Shown: positions 1-9,759 of the stretch, piece by piece | How the letters are laid out: every line of letters begins with the position of its first letter | Position numbering within the stretch: position 1 is the first letter of the stretch | Source: Candidatus Omnitrophota bacterium | GTDB taxonomy: Bacteria; Omnitrophota; Gorgyraeia; Gygaellales; Profunditerraquicolaceae | Reading direction: 5' to 3' | Length of the DNA stretch: 64,000 nucleotides | NCBI GenBank assembly: GCA_028717245.1 | Contig: JAQUOD010000003.1 | Span: 85,636 to 149,635, forward strand | Notes under the pieces: generated by a model | Seen by the model: only the letters and a program-made list of their open reading frames with translations | Database searches by the model: none | Told to the model about the DNA's origin: nothing | Program-made: the position numbers and the translations under genes

Positions 1-372
1 TTCCTGCTGTGGGCAATATGTTTTTTGTGGGGGGCCTTTGCCAGGGATAAACACCTTTATTGGGTCATCGGCGCTTTAGCCGGTGTAGCCTTGGGTTCTA
101 CTTGGACAGTGACGCGCGCTATGGCGATTAATATTGTACCGGTAGAAAAAGTAGGCGAGATTTTTGGCCTTTTTAATCTAGTCGGGTATCTTTCTGCTAT
201 GGTGGGGGTCATTTTCTGGGGAGTCCTGATTTGGTTTCTCTCTCCTTTGGGAGAAGCAGGATACCGCATCACGCTTTTGAGTTTAATTTTATTTATTGCC
301 CTGGGTTTTATTTTTCTGTTACGCTTGCCAAATAATAAATCAACCTACGGCTACTCCGGTCTAAAGACTTAG
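1..372 (+). CDS. C-terminal fragment of a polytopic membrane transporter (MFS-like), truncated by window start
   Basis: ORF open from base 1 in frame 1; hydrophobic helices typical of MFS C-terminus. Confidence 0.45.
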   Translation, partial: FLLWAICFLWGAFARDKHLYWVIGALAGVALGSTWTVTRAMAINIVPVEKVGEIFGLFNLVGYLSAMVGVIFWGVLIWFLSPLGEAGYRITLLSLILFIALGFIFLLRLPNNKSTYGYSGLKT

Positions 373-453
373 AGTCCGTCACGGTTGATACTGAGCGGCC
401 AAGCTCCATCTGTGTCCTAAAGGGACGTGAGTTTTGTGGCCGCGAACGTATAA

Positions 454-3114
454 ATGCCTGAAGAAAACTTAACTATACCACAGATATTCAATCAGGTTGC
501 CTCCCGATTTCCGGATAAGGTAGCCTTAAAGATTAAAAGGGGCAACCAGTGGCAGAATTTTACCTACCGGGATGTGCAGGAACGCTCTTTGCAGGTAGCT
601 ACTTTTTTGATCCAGGCCGGATTCCATAAGGGGGATGCCGCCATATTAATAGCGGAGAACCGTCCGGAATGGGTAATGATTTACCTGGGCATTGTCCGTG
701 CGGGATTAATCTGCGTTCCGCTAGACCCGCAGTTAAACGCGCAGGAAATAAAAAATCTGGTTAGTGATAGCGCGGCCAAAATTATATTTTGCTCTTTGGC
801 CATATTTAAGGAAAAGATTAAGGAGTATATCCAAAATGGCGCTATAAAAACCGTTGTCTTAGATGCCCCAGGCCTTGGCCATGAGAACCTGATAGATTTT
901 TCCCGCTTTAAGGATGTGCCTTCGGATAAAAATATGATGCCGGATATCACCCGGCAGGATATCGCCTCGCTTATCTACACCTCAGGCACAACCGCTACCC
1001 CCAAGGGGGTATTATTAAGCCACGCCAACATCTGCTCTAATTTTCAGAGCATAGCAAAACTGAATATTTGTCTGCCTTCGGATAATTTCCTGGCTATTTT
1101 GCCTTTGCATCATACCTATGCCTTTATGATTACTTTAATCGTGCCTTTATTTTTAGGCACTACCATTACTTATTGCCTGAGTTTTAGCCCTTCTGAAATA
1201 AGCCGGGCCCTGAAAGAAGCAGATATCAGTATCTTGGTAGGCGTGCCGCAACTTTTTTCAATGTTATATAAAACCATATTTGAACGGATTAAGAAAATCC
1301 CCGGCTCATTCTTGCCTCTTGCCTTATGGCCGCTAAGAATTAAAATACGCCGGGAATGGAGGGGTTTGAGGTTATTAGTGAGCGGCGGAGCAAGGCTTGA
1401 GCCAAAGATCGCCCGGGGTTTAACAAAATTATTAGGGATTAAGTTAGTTGAAGGATATGGCCTGACTGAGACTTCTCCTGTAGTCACCTTGAATCCCCCG
1501 CAGAAGATAAAGTTAGGTTCAGTGGGTAAACCCATACCGGATGTCCAGATTAAGATTTTTAATCCCGATAAATCAGGCATAGGTCAGGTTTTAATCAAGG
1601 GGCCGAATGTAATGCAGGGGTACTTTAAGCATCCGGAGTGGACTGAAAGTGCGATAAAAGAGGGTTGGTTTTATTCCGGGGATTTAGGCTATATAGATAA
1701 GGAGGGTTATCTATATCTGGTGGGCAGGGAGAAAGAAGTGATTGTTTTAAGTTCAGGTAAGAATATCTATCCCGAGGAATTAGAGGAATACTACGGCAGG
1801 AGCCCTTATATAAAAGAAATATGTATCCTGGGGTCTGCGGAAGAAAAATTCGGCCAGCCGATAATATCCTTGTACACCGTAGTGATACCTAACTTAGAAT
1901 ATTTCCGCAGGATGAAAGAAGCGAATATCCGCGCAAAAATCCGTTGGGAACTGGAGAACCTGGGCAAAGGCGCGCCTTCCTATCAACATATCATGGGTTT
2001 TACCGTGGCCAAAGAAGAATTACCGCGCACGGCCTTGAAGAAGATTAAGAGGTATCAGGTTAAAGAGAAATACCTTAAGGAGATAGAGACGCCTTCTGTT
2101 TCCCCGGCAGTTCCCGTAAAAGATAATTTAGAGGGTTTAAATAAAGATATCGCCGGAAGAGTCATCCGTTACATATCTCAACAGACACGTAAGAGCGTAT
2201 ATTCAGAGAGTCATTTAGAGCTGGATTTGGGCATTGATTCTTTAACTAGGGTAGAATTGGGTTTAGGGCTAGAAGAGATCTTCAAAGTGAAAATACCCGA
2301 TGAGCTGCTTTATGGCGCGGATACCGTAAAAGAAATTATCCTGAATCTCTCAAAACTCATCGAGGCGCCTCTTGCTGTAACGCAGAAAGCAGGCGCAACC
2401 GCTGCGGGAAATTGGAGTTATATTTTAAGCCAAACCCCTGAAGATAAAATTCTGCGGAAAATCAGAATAGAGCCGCGTTTTCTGGATAAGCTGTTTACCC
2501 GGATACTCCAGGGTATTCTCTTATCCGTCTTTCGGGTATTCTGGTTTTTAAGGATAGAAGGCAGTAGTAACCTTCCCTTAAGCGGGCCGTATATCATTTG
2601 TTCTAATCACGCCAGTTATCTAGATGGATTCCTACTTTTTAGCAGCATTAAACCCGTCCGGGCAATAAATTTATTCTTCTTAGGTTACAGCGCTATCCTG
2701 GAGAAACCTTTTATAAGCTGGGCAGCCAAGTCAACGCGCCTCATCTCTATTGACCCCAATATGCACTTAATTCAAGCCTTGCAGGCTGCTTCTTTTGTGC
2801 TGGCGCAGAAAAAGATAGTCTGTATATTCCCGGAGGGGAGGCGTTCTATAGACGAGAATATGGGCGAATTCAAAAAAGGCATAGGCATTCTGGTTAAGGA
2901 ACTGGATGTAGCAGTAGTGCCGGCTTATATTAAAGGTTCGCACTATTCCTGGCCGAGGACCAGCCGCCTGCCGCGCATATATCCTTTAAAAATTATCTTT
3001 GGCCGGCCCTTATCTAAAGAAGAATTATTAAAAAATAAAGAAGGCCCCGCAATTGATGATTATGGGTTGATTGCGCAGAGATTAAGGGAGGAGATCGCAA
3101 AGTTGGCATGTTAA
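454..3114 (+). CDS. Tri-domain fusion: AMP-dependent acyl-CoA/ACP synthetase + phosphopantetheine-binding carrier domain + 1-acyl-sn-glycerol-3-phosphate acyltransferase (PlsC-like); Aas-like
   Basis: AMP-binding motifs (YTSGTTATPKGV, GYGLTE); carrier-protein DLGIDSL serine motif; PlsC NHASYLD (HX4D) and FPEGRRS motifs. Confidence 0.8.
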   Translation: MPEENLTIPQIFNQVASRFPDKVALKIKRGNQWQNFTYRDVQERSLQVATFLIQAGFHKGDAAILIAENRPEWVMIYLGIVRAGLICVPLDPQLNAQEIKNLVSDSAAKIIFCSLAIFKEKIKEYIQNGAIKTVVLDAPGLGHENLIDFSRFKDVPSDKNMMPDITRQDIASLIYTSGTTATPKGVLLSHANICSNFQSIAKLNICLPSDNFLAILPLHHTYAFMITLIVPLFLGTTITYCLSFSPSEISRALKEADISILVGVPQLFSMLYKTIFERIKKIPGSFLPLALWPLRIKIRREWRGLRLLVSGGARLEPKIARGLTKLLGIKLVEGYGLTETSPVVTLNPPQKIKLGSVGKPIPDVQIKIFNPDKSGIGQVLIKGPNVMQGYFKHPEWTESAIKEGWFYSGDLGYIDKEGYLYLVGREKEVIVLSSGKNIYPEELEEYYGRSPYIKEICILGSAEEKFGQPIISLYTVVIPNLEYFRRMKEANIRAKIRWELENLGKGAPSYQHIMGFTVAKEELPRTALKKIKRYQVKEKYLKEIETPSVSPAVPVKDNLEGLNKDIAGRVIRYISQQTRKSVYSESHLELDLGIDSLTRVELGLGLEEIFKVKIPDELLYGADTVKEIILNLSKLIEAPLAVTQKAGATAAGNWSYILSQTPEDKILRKIRIEPRFLDKLFTRILQGILLSVFRVFWFLRIEGSSNLPLSGPYIICSNHASYLDGFLLFSSIKPVRAINLFFLGYSAILEKPFISWAAKSTRLISIDPNMHLIQALQAASFVLAQKKIVCIFPEGRRSIDENMGEFKKGIGILVKELDVAVVPAYIKGSHYSWPRTSRLPRIYPLKIIFGRPLSKEELLKNKEGPAIDDYGLIAQRLREEIAKLAC

Positions 3115-3851
3115 GTTATATAATATTGGGGATAATCCAGGGCATCACTGAATTTTTTCCGGTGAGCAGCTCTGCTCACCTGGTTATCGCCCAAAAACTC
3201 CTTGGCGTAAATGAACAGGCGCTGGTTGTGTCGGTAGTGTTGCATTTGGGCACATGTGTAGCTTTAATCATCTTCTTTTTTAAGGATATATTAAATTTAT
3301 TGCGCAATTTTAAGCTACTCTCGTATATAATAATCGTTACCTTAATCACGGGCATCATTGGTATTTCAGGGAAGGATTTTTTTGAGAAGCTCTTCGGTTC
3401 TCCGGTGCTGGTTGCCCTGGCATTAATTGTTACCGGAGCAATCCTTATTTTTACTAAGAAGTTCATCCGGGCAAAGAGGAATAGCCCGAATATAAAAGAT
3501 GCCCTTACTTTAGGCCTTACGCAGGGTATTGCGATTATACCGGGCATTTCGCGCTCCGGGATAACTATCTCCACGCTTTTGTTCAGGGGGGTAGACAGAG
3601 AAACGAGTTTTCGTTTTTCCTTCCTTGCCTCTATCCCCGCGGTCTTTGGCGCGGCAATATTAGAATTGAAGGATATCAGCCTCTGCGGTAATTTAGGAGC
3701 GGGGAATCTGGCTATTGGTTTTGTCTTCAGCCTGTTAACCGGGATCCTCTCCCTTAAAATATTAAAGATGATCTTAGGTAAAGCCAAACTTTACTATTTC
3801 GGATATTATTGTATAATTATTGCTGTGGTTACCTTATTGTTTATAAAATGA
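3108..3851 (+). CDS. uppP: Undecaprenyl-diphosphatase (BacA/UppP)
   Basis: N-terminal ...GIIQGITEFFPVSSSAHLVI... signature, 8 TM helices, ~247 aa. Confidence 0.9.
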   Translation: MLSYIILGIIQGITEFFPVSSSAHLVIAQKLLGVNEQALVVSVVLHLGTCVALIIFFFKDILNLLRNFKLLSYIIIVTLITGIIGISGKDFFEKLFGSPVLVALALIVTGAILIFTKKFIRAKRNSPNIKDALTLGLTQGIAIIPGISRSGITISTLLFRGVDRETSFRFSFLASIPAVFGAAILELKDISLCGNLGAGNLAIGFVFSLLTGILSLKILKMILGKAKLYYFGYYCIIIAVVTLLFIK

Positions 3852-4747
3852 GTATTATTGTTTTAGGGACAGTAGCCTTAGACACGGTCAAGACGCCTTT
3901 TGGCAGGAAGGAACATCTGCTGGGCGGTTCAGCCGCGCATTTTTCCATGGCGGCGCGGCTCTTTACCGAAGTGCACCTGGTAGCGATTATCGGTGAAGAT
4001 TTCCCCGATAAACATATTGATTTTCTGCGCAAGAAAGGCGTAGTCTTAACTTCCCTTATTAAAGAAAAAGGCAGGACCTTTAAATGGGAGGGAGAATATA
4101 AGGGCGATTTAAATACTGCCCTTACCCTGAATACGGAATTAGGCGTACTCTCCGCTTTTCGTCCGGTTATCTCCGAAGAGCAGAAGAGGATTAAACACAT
4201 ATTCCTGGCTAATGTCGACCCTGATATCCAAAGGCACCTTCTGGATAATATGCGTTCTCCTGCCCTTGTGGGTTTAGACAGCATGAATTATTGGATACGC
4301 CATAAGCGTAGTGCGCTCCTGCGTTTATTAAAGCGGATAAATATATATGTAGCCAATGACCAGGAAGCCAGGGCATTATCGGGCGAGAATAATTTATTGA
4401 AGGCGGCCAGGCATTTATCTTCCCATGGGCCGAAGATGGTCCTGATTAAAAAGGGCGAACACGGAGTAATTTTTTACAGCGATAAATTTATTTTTTGTAT
4501 CCCGGCGTATCCCACGGATAAAGTAGTTGACCCTACAGGTGCAGGGGATACCTTTGCTGGAGGGTTTATGGGTTATTTAGCGAAGGTAAGAAAAATAAAT
4601 GCTGTCAGTATTAAGAAGGCAATTGCCTACGGCACCATAGCCGCTTCCTTTAACGTAGAGGATTTCGGGCTAAACAGGACTAGCTGTCTTACGCCAGGCG
4701 ATTTAGAACGCAGGTTATCCAGGTTCAGGGGCCATATTTTGTTTTAA
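3848..4747 (+). CDS. PfkB/ribokinase-family carbohydrate kinase
   Basis: DPTGAGDTFAGGF anion-hole motif, GG dipeptide near N-term; ATG at 3848 overlaps uppP stop (ATGA); ORF-track start 3809 less likely. Confidence 0.75.
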   Translation: MSIIVLGTVALDTVKTPFGRKEHLLGGSAAHFSMAARLFTEVHLVAIIGEDFPDKHIDFLRKKGVVLTSLIKEKGRTFKWEGEYKGDLNTALTLNTELGVLSAFRPVISEEQKRIKHIFLANVDPDIQRHLLDNMRSPALVGLDSMNYWIRHKRSALLRLLKRINIYVANDQEARALSGENNLLKAARHLSSHGPKMVLIKKGEHGVIFYSDKFIFCIPAYPTDKVVDPTGAGDTFAGGFMGYLAKVRKINAVSIKKAIAYGTIAASFNVEDFGLNRTSCLTPGDLERRLSRFRGHILF

Positions 4748-4757
4748 CCAGGGGGTA

Positions 4758-5216
4758 TTGATGTTAGAAGAAAAAATTTTTAATGACTATAAAGAAGCGA
4801 TGAAGAACAGGGACAGTTTGAAGAGCTCGGTATTGAGTTTTTTACGCGCCAGCTTCATGAATACGGCGATTGAGAAGAAAAAGAAGAATCTTGATGACAA
4901 CGATTGTATCGCGGTGATAAAAAAACAGATAAAACAGCGGCAGGATTCCATAGAGCAGTTTCAGAAAGGTAACCGTCAGGACCTGGCGGATAAAGAAAAC
5001 AAAGAATTGGATATCCTCAAATCATATGTCCCCGCGGAAATGAGCGTTGATGAGATCCAGAAGATAATTGAAGAGGTTATTTTGTCTGTCGCCGCATCAG
5101 GCATGAAGGATATGGGTAAGGTCATGAAAGAGGTAAACGCTAAAATCGCCGGCAGGGCAGACGGCAAGTTAGTCAGCGACCTGGTAAAGACGAAGCTTTC
5201 CCCGCCCGCGCCTTAA
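4758..5216 (+). CDS. GatB/YqeY domain protein
   Basis: ~150 aa, YqeY-like helical pattern (KEAMKNRD...LSFLRA). Confidence 0.7.
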   Translation: MMLEEKIFNDYKEAMKNRDSLKSSVLSFLRASFMNTAIEKKKKNLDDNDCIAVIKKQIKQRQDSIEQFQKGNRQDLADKENKELDILKSYVPAEMSVDEIQKIIEEVILSVAASGMKDMGKVMKEVNAKIAGRADGKLVSDLVKTKLSPPAP

Positions 5217-5225
5217 GTTTTTGCC

Positions 5226-5254
5226 TTGACAAGAGCGATTAAATATAGTATTTT
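5226..5254 (+). promoter_or_regulatory. Candidate sigma70-type promoter for hydrogenase-associated operon (TTGACA-17-TATTTT)
   Basis: TTGACA at 5226-5231, 17-bp spacer, TATTTT at 5249-5254. Confidence 0.3.
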
Positions 5255-5329
5255 AGAGTCACATTTTATTTTTTGAGAGGGTTATCTTGTGATAGTTTTC
5301 ACAATATCCCGCCCAACAAATTCTCCGTT

Positions 5330-6391
5330 ATGCACCAGATATATTATATTGAATCCAATCAGTTAGAGACTCTTTTCCAGAAATTAAAAAAGAGCTATAA
5401 GGTATTCTCTCCGGTAGCTAAAGGGCCGAATTACACCGCAAAGGCGGATTATTCCTATAAAGGCCTCGCCGAAGGCGAAAGCCCCGTGTTTAATCCTTAC
5501 CGGGCAGTTGAACCCCTTAAGTCCTTCTTTACCTATGCCCAGGATCAGGCCGCAGAATATTTTAACCGCGACGAACCGGTTTTGGATTCAATGCAGGTTA
5601 TAGTATTCGGCGTTAAAAGTTGTGATATAGCAGGCCATAAGGTGCAGGATTTTGTATTCTTAGAAGGCGTAGAGGTAGATTCTCTATACCGTTTAAGGCG
5701 GGACAACACAATACTTATTTCCGGTGACTGCACTGATTTCAAGGATGTCTGTCATTGTCTTGCCTGGGATATACTGCCGCACCCCACAGAGGGTTTTGAC
5801 CTTAATTTCTCGCCTCTGAATGATGGGTATTTAGTAGAGGTGGGTTCAAAAAAAGGCGAAGGCCTTATCCAACAATACCAGGAATATTTCACTCCGGCAA
5901 AGGAAACCCAGATAGCAGGCCGGCGGGTAAAAAGGGAGAATCTTATCGAGCGCCTTAAAAGGCATCTTTTACCGCAAAAATTGGTTTCCAAGGATAGTGT
6001 GCAAAGATTAATGAGAGAGGGCTATAACCTGGATACCTGGCAGCAGTTTATGCTTACATGCGTCGAATGCGGCGGATGTAATCTTATCTGTAATACCTGT
6101 CATTGTTTTCTCCTGGCGGATAAGAAAGAAGGTAATATTAACAAGAAAGTCAAAGTCTGGGATTCCTGTCAATACGCAAATTTCACCAGGGTCGCCGGAG
6201 GGGCCAACCCTTTAAAGACCAGGACGCAGAGGTTAAGAAACAGGTTCCTGAAAAAATTCGATTTTTTCGTGGATAATTTAGGCATGCCTGCCTGCTGCGG
6301 ATGCGGCAGGTGTATTGAGGTCTGCCCCGGTAAGATTGATATCCGGGAAGTTTTAAAAGACGTAGCCAAAAAGCTTAGTGCCTCCAAATGA
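5330..6391 (+). CDS. Sulfhydrogenase beta subunit / anaerobic sulfite reductase subunit A (HydB/AsrA)-like Fe-S protein
   Basis: Cys clusters CVECGGCNLICNTCHC and CCGCGRCIEVCP; size and position before PyrK-like gamma subunit; start uncertain (ATG 5330 preferred over TTG 5273). Confidence 0.55.
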   Translation: MHQIYYIESNQLETLFQKLKKSYKVFSPVAKGPNYTAKADYSYKGLAEGESPVFNPYRAVEPLKSFFTYAQDQAAEYFNRDEPVLDSMQVIVFGVKSCDIAGHKVQDFVFLEGVEVDSLYRLRRDNTILISGDCTDFKDVCHCLAWDILPHPTEGFDLNFSPLNDGYLVEVGSKKGEGLIQQYQEYFTPAKETQIAGRRVKRENLIERLKRHLLPQKLVSKDSVQRLMREGYNLDTWQQFMLTCVECGGCNLICNTCHCFLLADKKEGNINKKVKVWDSCQYANFTRVAGGANPLKTRTQRLRNRFLKKFDFFVDNLGMPACCGCGRCIEVCPGKIDIREVLKDVAKKLSASK

Positions 6392-7203
6392 AGAATATTT
6401 ATCGGCCCATAGAAGCTGTGCTTGAAGATATCATTACCGAGAGCCCTACAATAAAGACATTTGTTTTAAGGCCCAAAGAGCCCTTTGAATTCAGGACCGG
6501 GCAATTTATCGAGTTGACTTTACCCGGGGTGGGCGAAGCGCCTTTTACGCCTTCATCTGACCCTAACCTGAAAGACAAGATAGATGTGACCATAATGAAT
6601 GTGGGTGAGGTCACCGCGCTTTTACATTCCAGCGCCAAAAATATATCCTTAGGCATACGCGGCCCCTACGGCAAGGGGTATCCCCTGGATAAATTTGAGG
6701 GTAAAGATATTTTAATCGTCGGCGGAGGAGTGGGGCTGGCGCCTTTACGTTCTTTATTATTCAGCCTATTTGCCGATATTGATAAATACAATAAAGTAGT
6801 ATTGCGTTACGGCGCGCGTACTGCCAATGACATCATATATAAGGAAGCCATTCCGCATTGGGCAAAAAAGAAGAAGGTTGACCTGGTTACGACAGTGGAT
6901 ATGGGTAGCCCCGAATGGAAAGGAAACGTCGGCTTAGTAACCACGATATTAAAGGACCTGCCCCTGGATTTGAAGAAAGCAATTTGCGTTGTCTGCGGCC
7001 CGCCCATCATGATGAAATTCGTCACTTTGAAATTACTGGACTTAGGGTTTAATCCTAAAGACATATACCTGTCTATGGAAAAGAATATGTCCTGTGGCCT
7101 GGGTAAATGCGGGCATTGCCGTATCGGCAGTTATTACATTTGTAAGGACGGCCCGGTGTTTACTTATGAGCAGTTAAAGGATTTGTACGATATATGGGAT
7201 TAG
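6388..7203 (+). CDS. Sulfhydrogenase gamma subunit / AsrB / PyrK-like FAD-NAD(P)-binding oxidoreductase with C-terminal 2Fe-2S
   Basis: RTGQF flavin motif, GGGVGLAP NAD(P) motif, C-terminal CGLGKCGHC...C cluster. Confidence 0.75.
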   Translation: MKNIYRPIEAVLEDIITESPTIKTFVLRPKEPFEFRTGQFIELTLPGVGEAPFTPSSDPNLKDKIDVTIMNVGEVTALLHSSAKNISLGIRGPYGKGYPLDKFEGKDILIVGGGVGLAPLRSLLFSLFADIDKYNKVVLRYGARTANDIIYKEAIPHWAKKKKVDLVTTVDMGSPEWKGNVGLVTTILKDLPLDLKKAICVVCGPPIMMKFVTLKLLDLGFNPKDIYLSMEKNMSCGLGKCGHCRIGSYYICKDGPVFTYEQLKDLYDIWD

Positions 7204-7207
7204 ATAG

Positions 7208-7699
7208 ATGAAACGTTTATTTGTCGACTTAGACATCTGTAACCAGTGCAAAGATTGCAGCGCATTCTGCGATTATTTTTATCATCCGCAGAATAACGGG
7301 ATCACTTCTTTGCGCGAATATGCCACCTTTGCTACTATCTGCCGGCATTGCGAAGAGGCGCCCTGCGTAAATTCCTGTTATCATAATGCCTTGGAACGCT
7401 CAAGCGACGGTCACATTAAACGTTATAAGATGCGCTGCACCAGCTGTAAATCCTGTTCTGTAGCTTGTCCCTTCGGGATAATCTTTCAGGATTTCATCCT
7501 ATATCTAGACTCCAGGTGTGATTACTGCGTAGGCAAGAGCGCTAAGTTGCCTAAGTGCGTAACCAGCTGCCCCCATAAGGCCATAGAGATTAAAGAAATA
7601 GAAGAGGATTTGGAGAAAAATATTTATTTTGTAGGCGAACATCTGGCTGTGCATACGCGTAAGTGGTCGAAAGAAGACTTGCAGCCAAAAAAGAGATGA
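7208..7699 (+). CDS. Polyferredoxin-like 4Fe-4S cluster protein
   Basis: Four Cys-rich motifs (CNQCKDCSAFC, CRHCEEAPCVNSC, CTSCKSCSVACP, CDYCVGK...C...CP). Confidence 0.6.
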   Translation: MKRLFVDLDICNQCKDCSAFCDYFYHPQNNGITSLREYATFATICRHCEEAPCVNSCYHNALERSSDGHIKRYKMRCTSCKSCSVACPFGIIFQDFILYLDSRCDYCVGKSAKLPKCVTSCPHKAIEIKEIEEDLEKNIYFVGEHLAVHTRKWSKEDLQPKKR

Positions 7700-7705
7700 C
7701 AAGTT

Positions 7706-7782
7706 CGTTATAGCGTTATAGGGTTATAGCGTTATAGCGTTTGTCAACACAGGTAGCCCGATAACGCAATAACGAAATAACG
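7706..7782. repeat. Intercistronic period-8 inverted-repeat array: (CGTTATAG)x4 then (ATAACG)x3
   Basis: cgttatagcgttatagggttatagcgttatagcgtt ... gataacgcaataacgaaataacg; second half is reverse complement of first. Confidence 0.7.
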
Positions 7783-7787
7783 AAAAT

Positions 7788-8702
7788 ATGCTAAAATTAT
7801 TTTTTCAGTATTTAATATTTCCCGGTTTTCTTTTTAGTGCCTGCGTAGGCTTAATCGCCGGATGGATAGATAGAAAAGTCAGCGCCCGCATCCAGTGGCG
7901 GGTAGGCCCGCCCTGGTATCAGAATTTTGTGGATATCGTGAAATTATTAGGTAAGGAGACCATTGTGCCTGAAGGGGCAAAACTAACCTTTTTATTCTCG
8001 CCCTTTTTAGGCCTATTAAGTTTGATTTTAGTAGCAACAATCTTGGGATTGAATATGTATTCTGCTCCGGCAGGCTTTAGCGGAGATATCATTGTAATCT
8101 TATATCTTTTGACTGTCCCTGCGCTGGCAGTAATCATGGGCGCTTCTTCTTCCAGGAACCCCTTGGCCTCCATTGGTGCCTCACGAGAGATGAAACTGGT
8201 TTTAGGATACGAATTGCCGTTTATATTAGCCGTGATTGCGGTAATAATCAGGTCCGAAGGCGCGATAAAAATCGGCTCGGTCTTAGGGCATCAGATAAAT
8301 GCCGGCTCAAATCTGGCATCCTGGTCAGGGGCCCTGGCGTTTCTGGTAGCCATAATTTGTATGCAGGCAAAGTTGGGCCTGGTGCCGTTTGATATGTCCG
8401 AAGCGGAGCAGGAGATTATGGGCGGGGCCTTTATTGAATATTCGGGCCTGCCTCTGGCTATCTTTAAATTGACAAAGGCGATTTTACTTTATACAATGCC
8501 CCTGTTCTTGATCAGTTTATTCTGGGGTGAGGGCTTAAGCATTTTAGCTTTAACAGGTAAATACATCGCCATATTAGTCATCATCATCCTGATTAAAAAT
8601 ACCAACCCGCGTTTACGCATTGATCAGGCATTAAGATTCTTTTGGGGGCCGGTGACTATTTTAGCGGTGATTGCGGTTGTATTAGCGTTGTTTGGTATAT
8701 AA
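7788..8702 (+). CDS. Membrane-bound hydrogenase subunit MbhM / NuoH-HycD-like
   Basis: DRKVSARIQWRVGP NuoH signature; 8 TM helices. Confidence 0.85.
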   Translation: MLKLFFQYLIFPGFLFSACVGLIAGWIDRKVSARIQWRVGPPWYQNFVDIVKLLGKETIVPEGAKLTFLFSPFLGLLSLILVATILGLNMYSAPAGFSGDIIVILYLLTVPALAVIMGASSSRNPLASIGASREMKLVLGYELPFILAVIAVIIRSEGAIKIGSVLGHQINAGSNLASWSGALAFLVAIICMQAKLGLVPFDMSEAEQEIMGGAFIEYSGLPLAIFKLTKAILLYTMPLFLISLFWGEGLSILALTGKYIAILVIIILIKNTNPRLRIDQALRFFWGPVTILAVIAVVLALFGI

Positions 8703-8822
8703 ATGTTAGAATGTTCAAATGTTGTAAAGTTTGAATGTTGTATATGTTTGTATAAATCTTAGAAAACATTTTAACATTAAAACTTAACATTAAAACATTA
8801 TAACTTTATAACATTCTAACAG
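8702..8822. repeat. Intercistronic period-8 inverted-repeat array: (AATGTT)x5 then (AACATT)x5, outer 12 nt perfectly inverted
   Basis: aatgttagaatgttcaaatgttg...ttgaatgttg ... aacattttaacattaaaacttaacattaaaacatta...ataacattctaaca. Confidence 0.7.
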
Positions 8823-8829
8823 TAAAAGC

Positions 8830-9255
8830 ATGGACCTTAAATTAAAAGCATTAACAAAATCAATCTGGGTTTTTCATGCAGCGACGTCTCCCTGCAACAA
8901 TTGCGATATTGAAATCCTGGACTTACTTACTCCCAGGCACGATGTCGAACGCTTGGGGATAGTTTTAGTAGGAAGCGTGCGGCAGGCTGATGCCCTTTTA
9001 GTAACGGGGGTGCCTAATTATAAAACCAAAGAAAGGCTAAAAAAACTCTATGCTCAAGCGCCTAAACCTTGTTTGGTTGCGGCAATCGGCGGCTGTGCCT
9101 GCGGAAGGATAATTTTTCAGGAATCCTATAATAGCCCCTGCGCAGTGGATGAAATAATTCCTGTAGATGTCTATATCCCCGGCTGCCCGCCTAAGCCGGA
9201 GGCAATGATCGCGGGAATCGCAAAGTTGATAAAGAAAGTTAGAGGCGAAAAATAA
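8830..9255 (+). CDS. [NiFe] hydrogenase small subunit MbhJ / NuoB-like
   Basis: Cys ligands SPCNNCD, GGCACG, PGCPP; ~140 aa NuoB fold. Confidence 0.85.
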   Translation: MDLKLKALTKSIWVFHAATSPCNNCDIEILDLLTPRHDVERLGIVLVGSVRQADALLVTGVPNYKTKERLKKLYAQAPKPCLVAAIGGCACGRIIFQESYNSPCAVDEIIPVDVYIPGCPPKPEAMIAGIAKLIKKVRGEK

Positions 9256-9683
9256 TGTCTATAGCGGATGAGATTAAAGATAAATTGGCCGGTAAAATAG
9301 CTCATTGGCATGAGCACTCGGCAAAGAGGATATATTTTTCCATCAATCCTCAGGATATCAGGGGCGCAGTGAGTTTCTTATTCAAAGATTTGGGTTTAAG
9401 GTTTGCTACTGCTTCGGCCCAGGATACGCCGCAGGGCTTAGAGATATTATACCATTTTAGTTTTGATGAGACCGGAGAAATGGTTTCGGTGCGGGTTTTG
9501 ATAGAAGATAAAAAGAATCCCCAGATAGATTCTATCGCCCCGCTTTTTAAGGGCGCAGAGTGGATTGAGCGTGAAGTATGGGAGCTATTGGGAATTAATT
9601 TTATCGGGCATCCGGATTTAAAGAGGTTACTCCTGGCTGATGAATGGCCGGAAAATAAGTATCCATTAAGAAAAGAAAAATAG
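9255..9683 (+). CDS. Hydrogenase subunit MbhK / NuoC-like
   Basis: NuoC-like ~140 aa protein between NuoB-like and NuoD-like genes. Confidence 0.75.
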   Translation: MSIADEIKDKLAGKIAHWHEHSAKRIYFSINPQDIRGAVSFLFKDLGLRFATASAQDTPQGLEILYHFSFDETGEMVSVRVLIEDKKNPQIDSIAPLFKGAEWIEREVWELLGINFIGHPDLKRLLLADEWPENKYPLRKEK

Positions 9684-9759
9684 TTCGTTGAGTTTTTAGA
9701 GTTCATTGGGTTCGTAGAGTTTTAACTCAATAACTCAAGAAACTCAAATAACTCAATAA
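9684..9759. repeat. Intercistronic period-8 inverted-repeat array: (GAGTT)x4 then (AACTC)x4
   Basis: agttcgttgagtttttagagttcattgggttcgtagagtt ... aactcaataactcaagaaactcaaataactca; begins with same AGTTCGTT 8-mer as array at 7701. Confidence 0.7.

Noticed and set aside
3176-4284. Long minus-strand ORFs (203 aa, 147 aa) opposite uppP and the kinase
   Set aside because: Antisense to genes with strong family signatures; typical shadow ORFs of an AT-rich genome.
5273-5329. TTG start at 5273 for the HydB/AsrA-like gene
   Set aside because: No RBS and it would place the start inside the predicted promoter/TSS region; ATG at 5330 is more plausible, though still uncertain.
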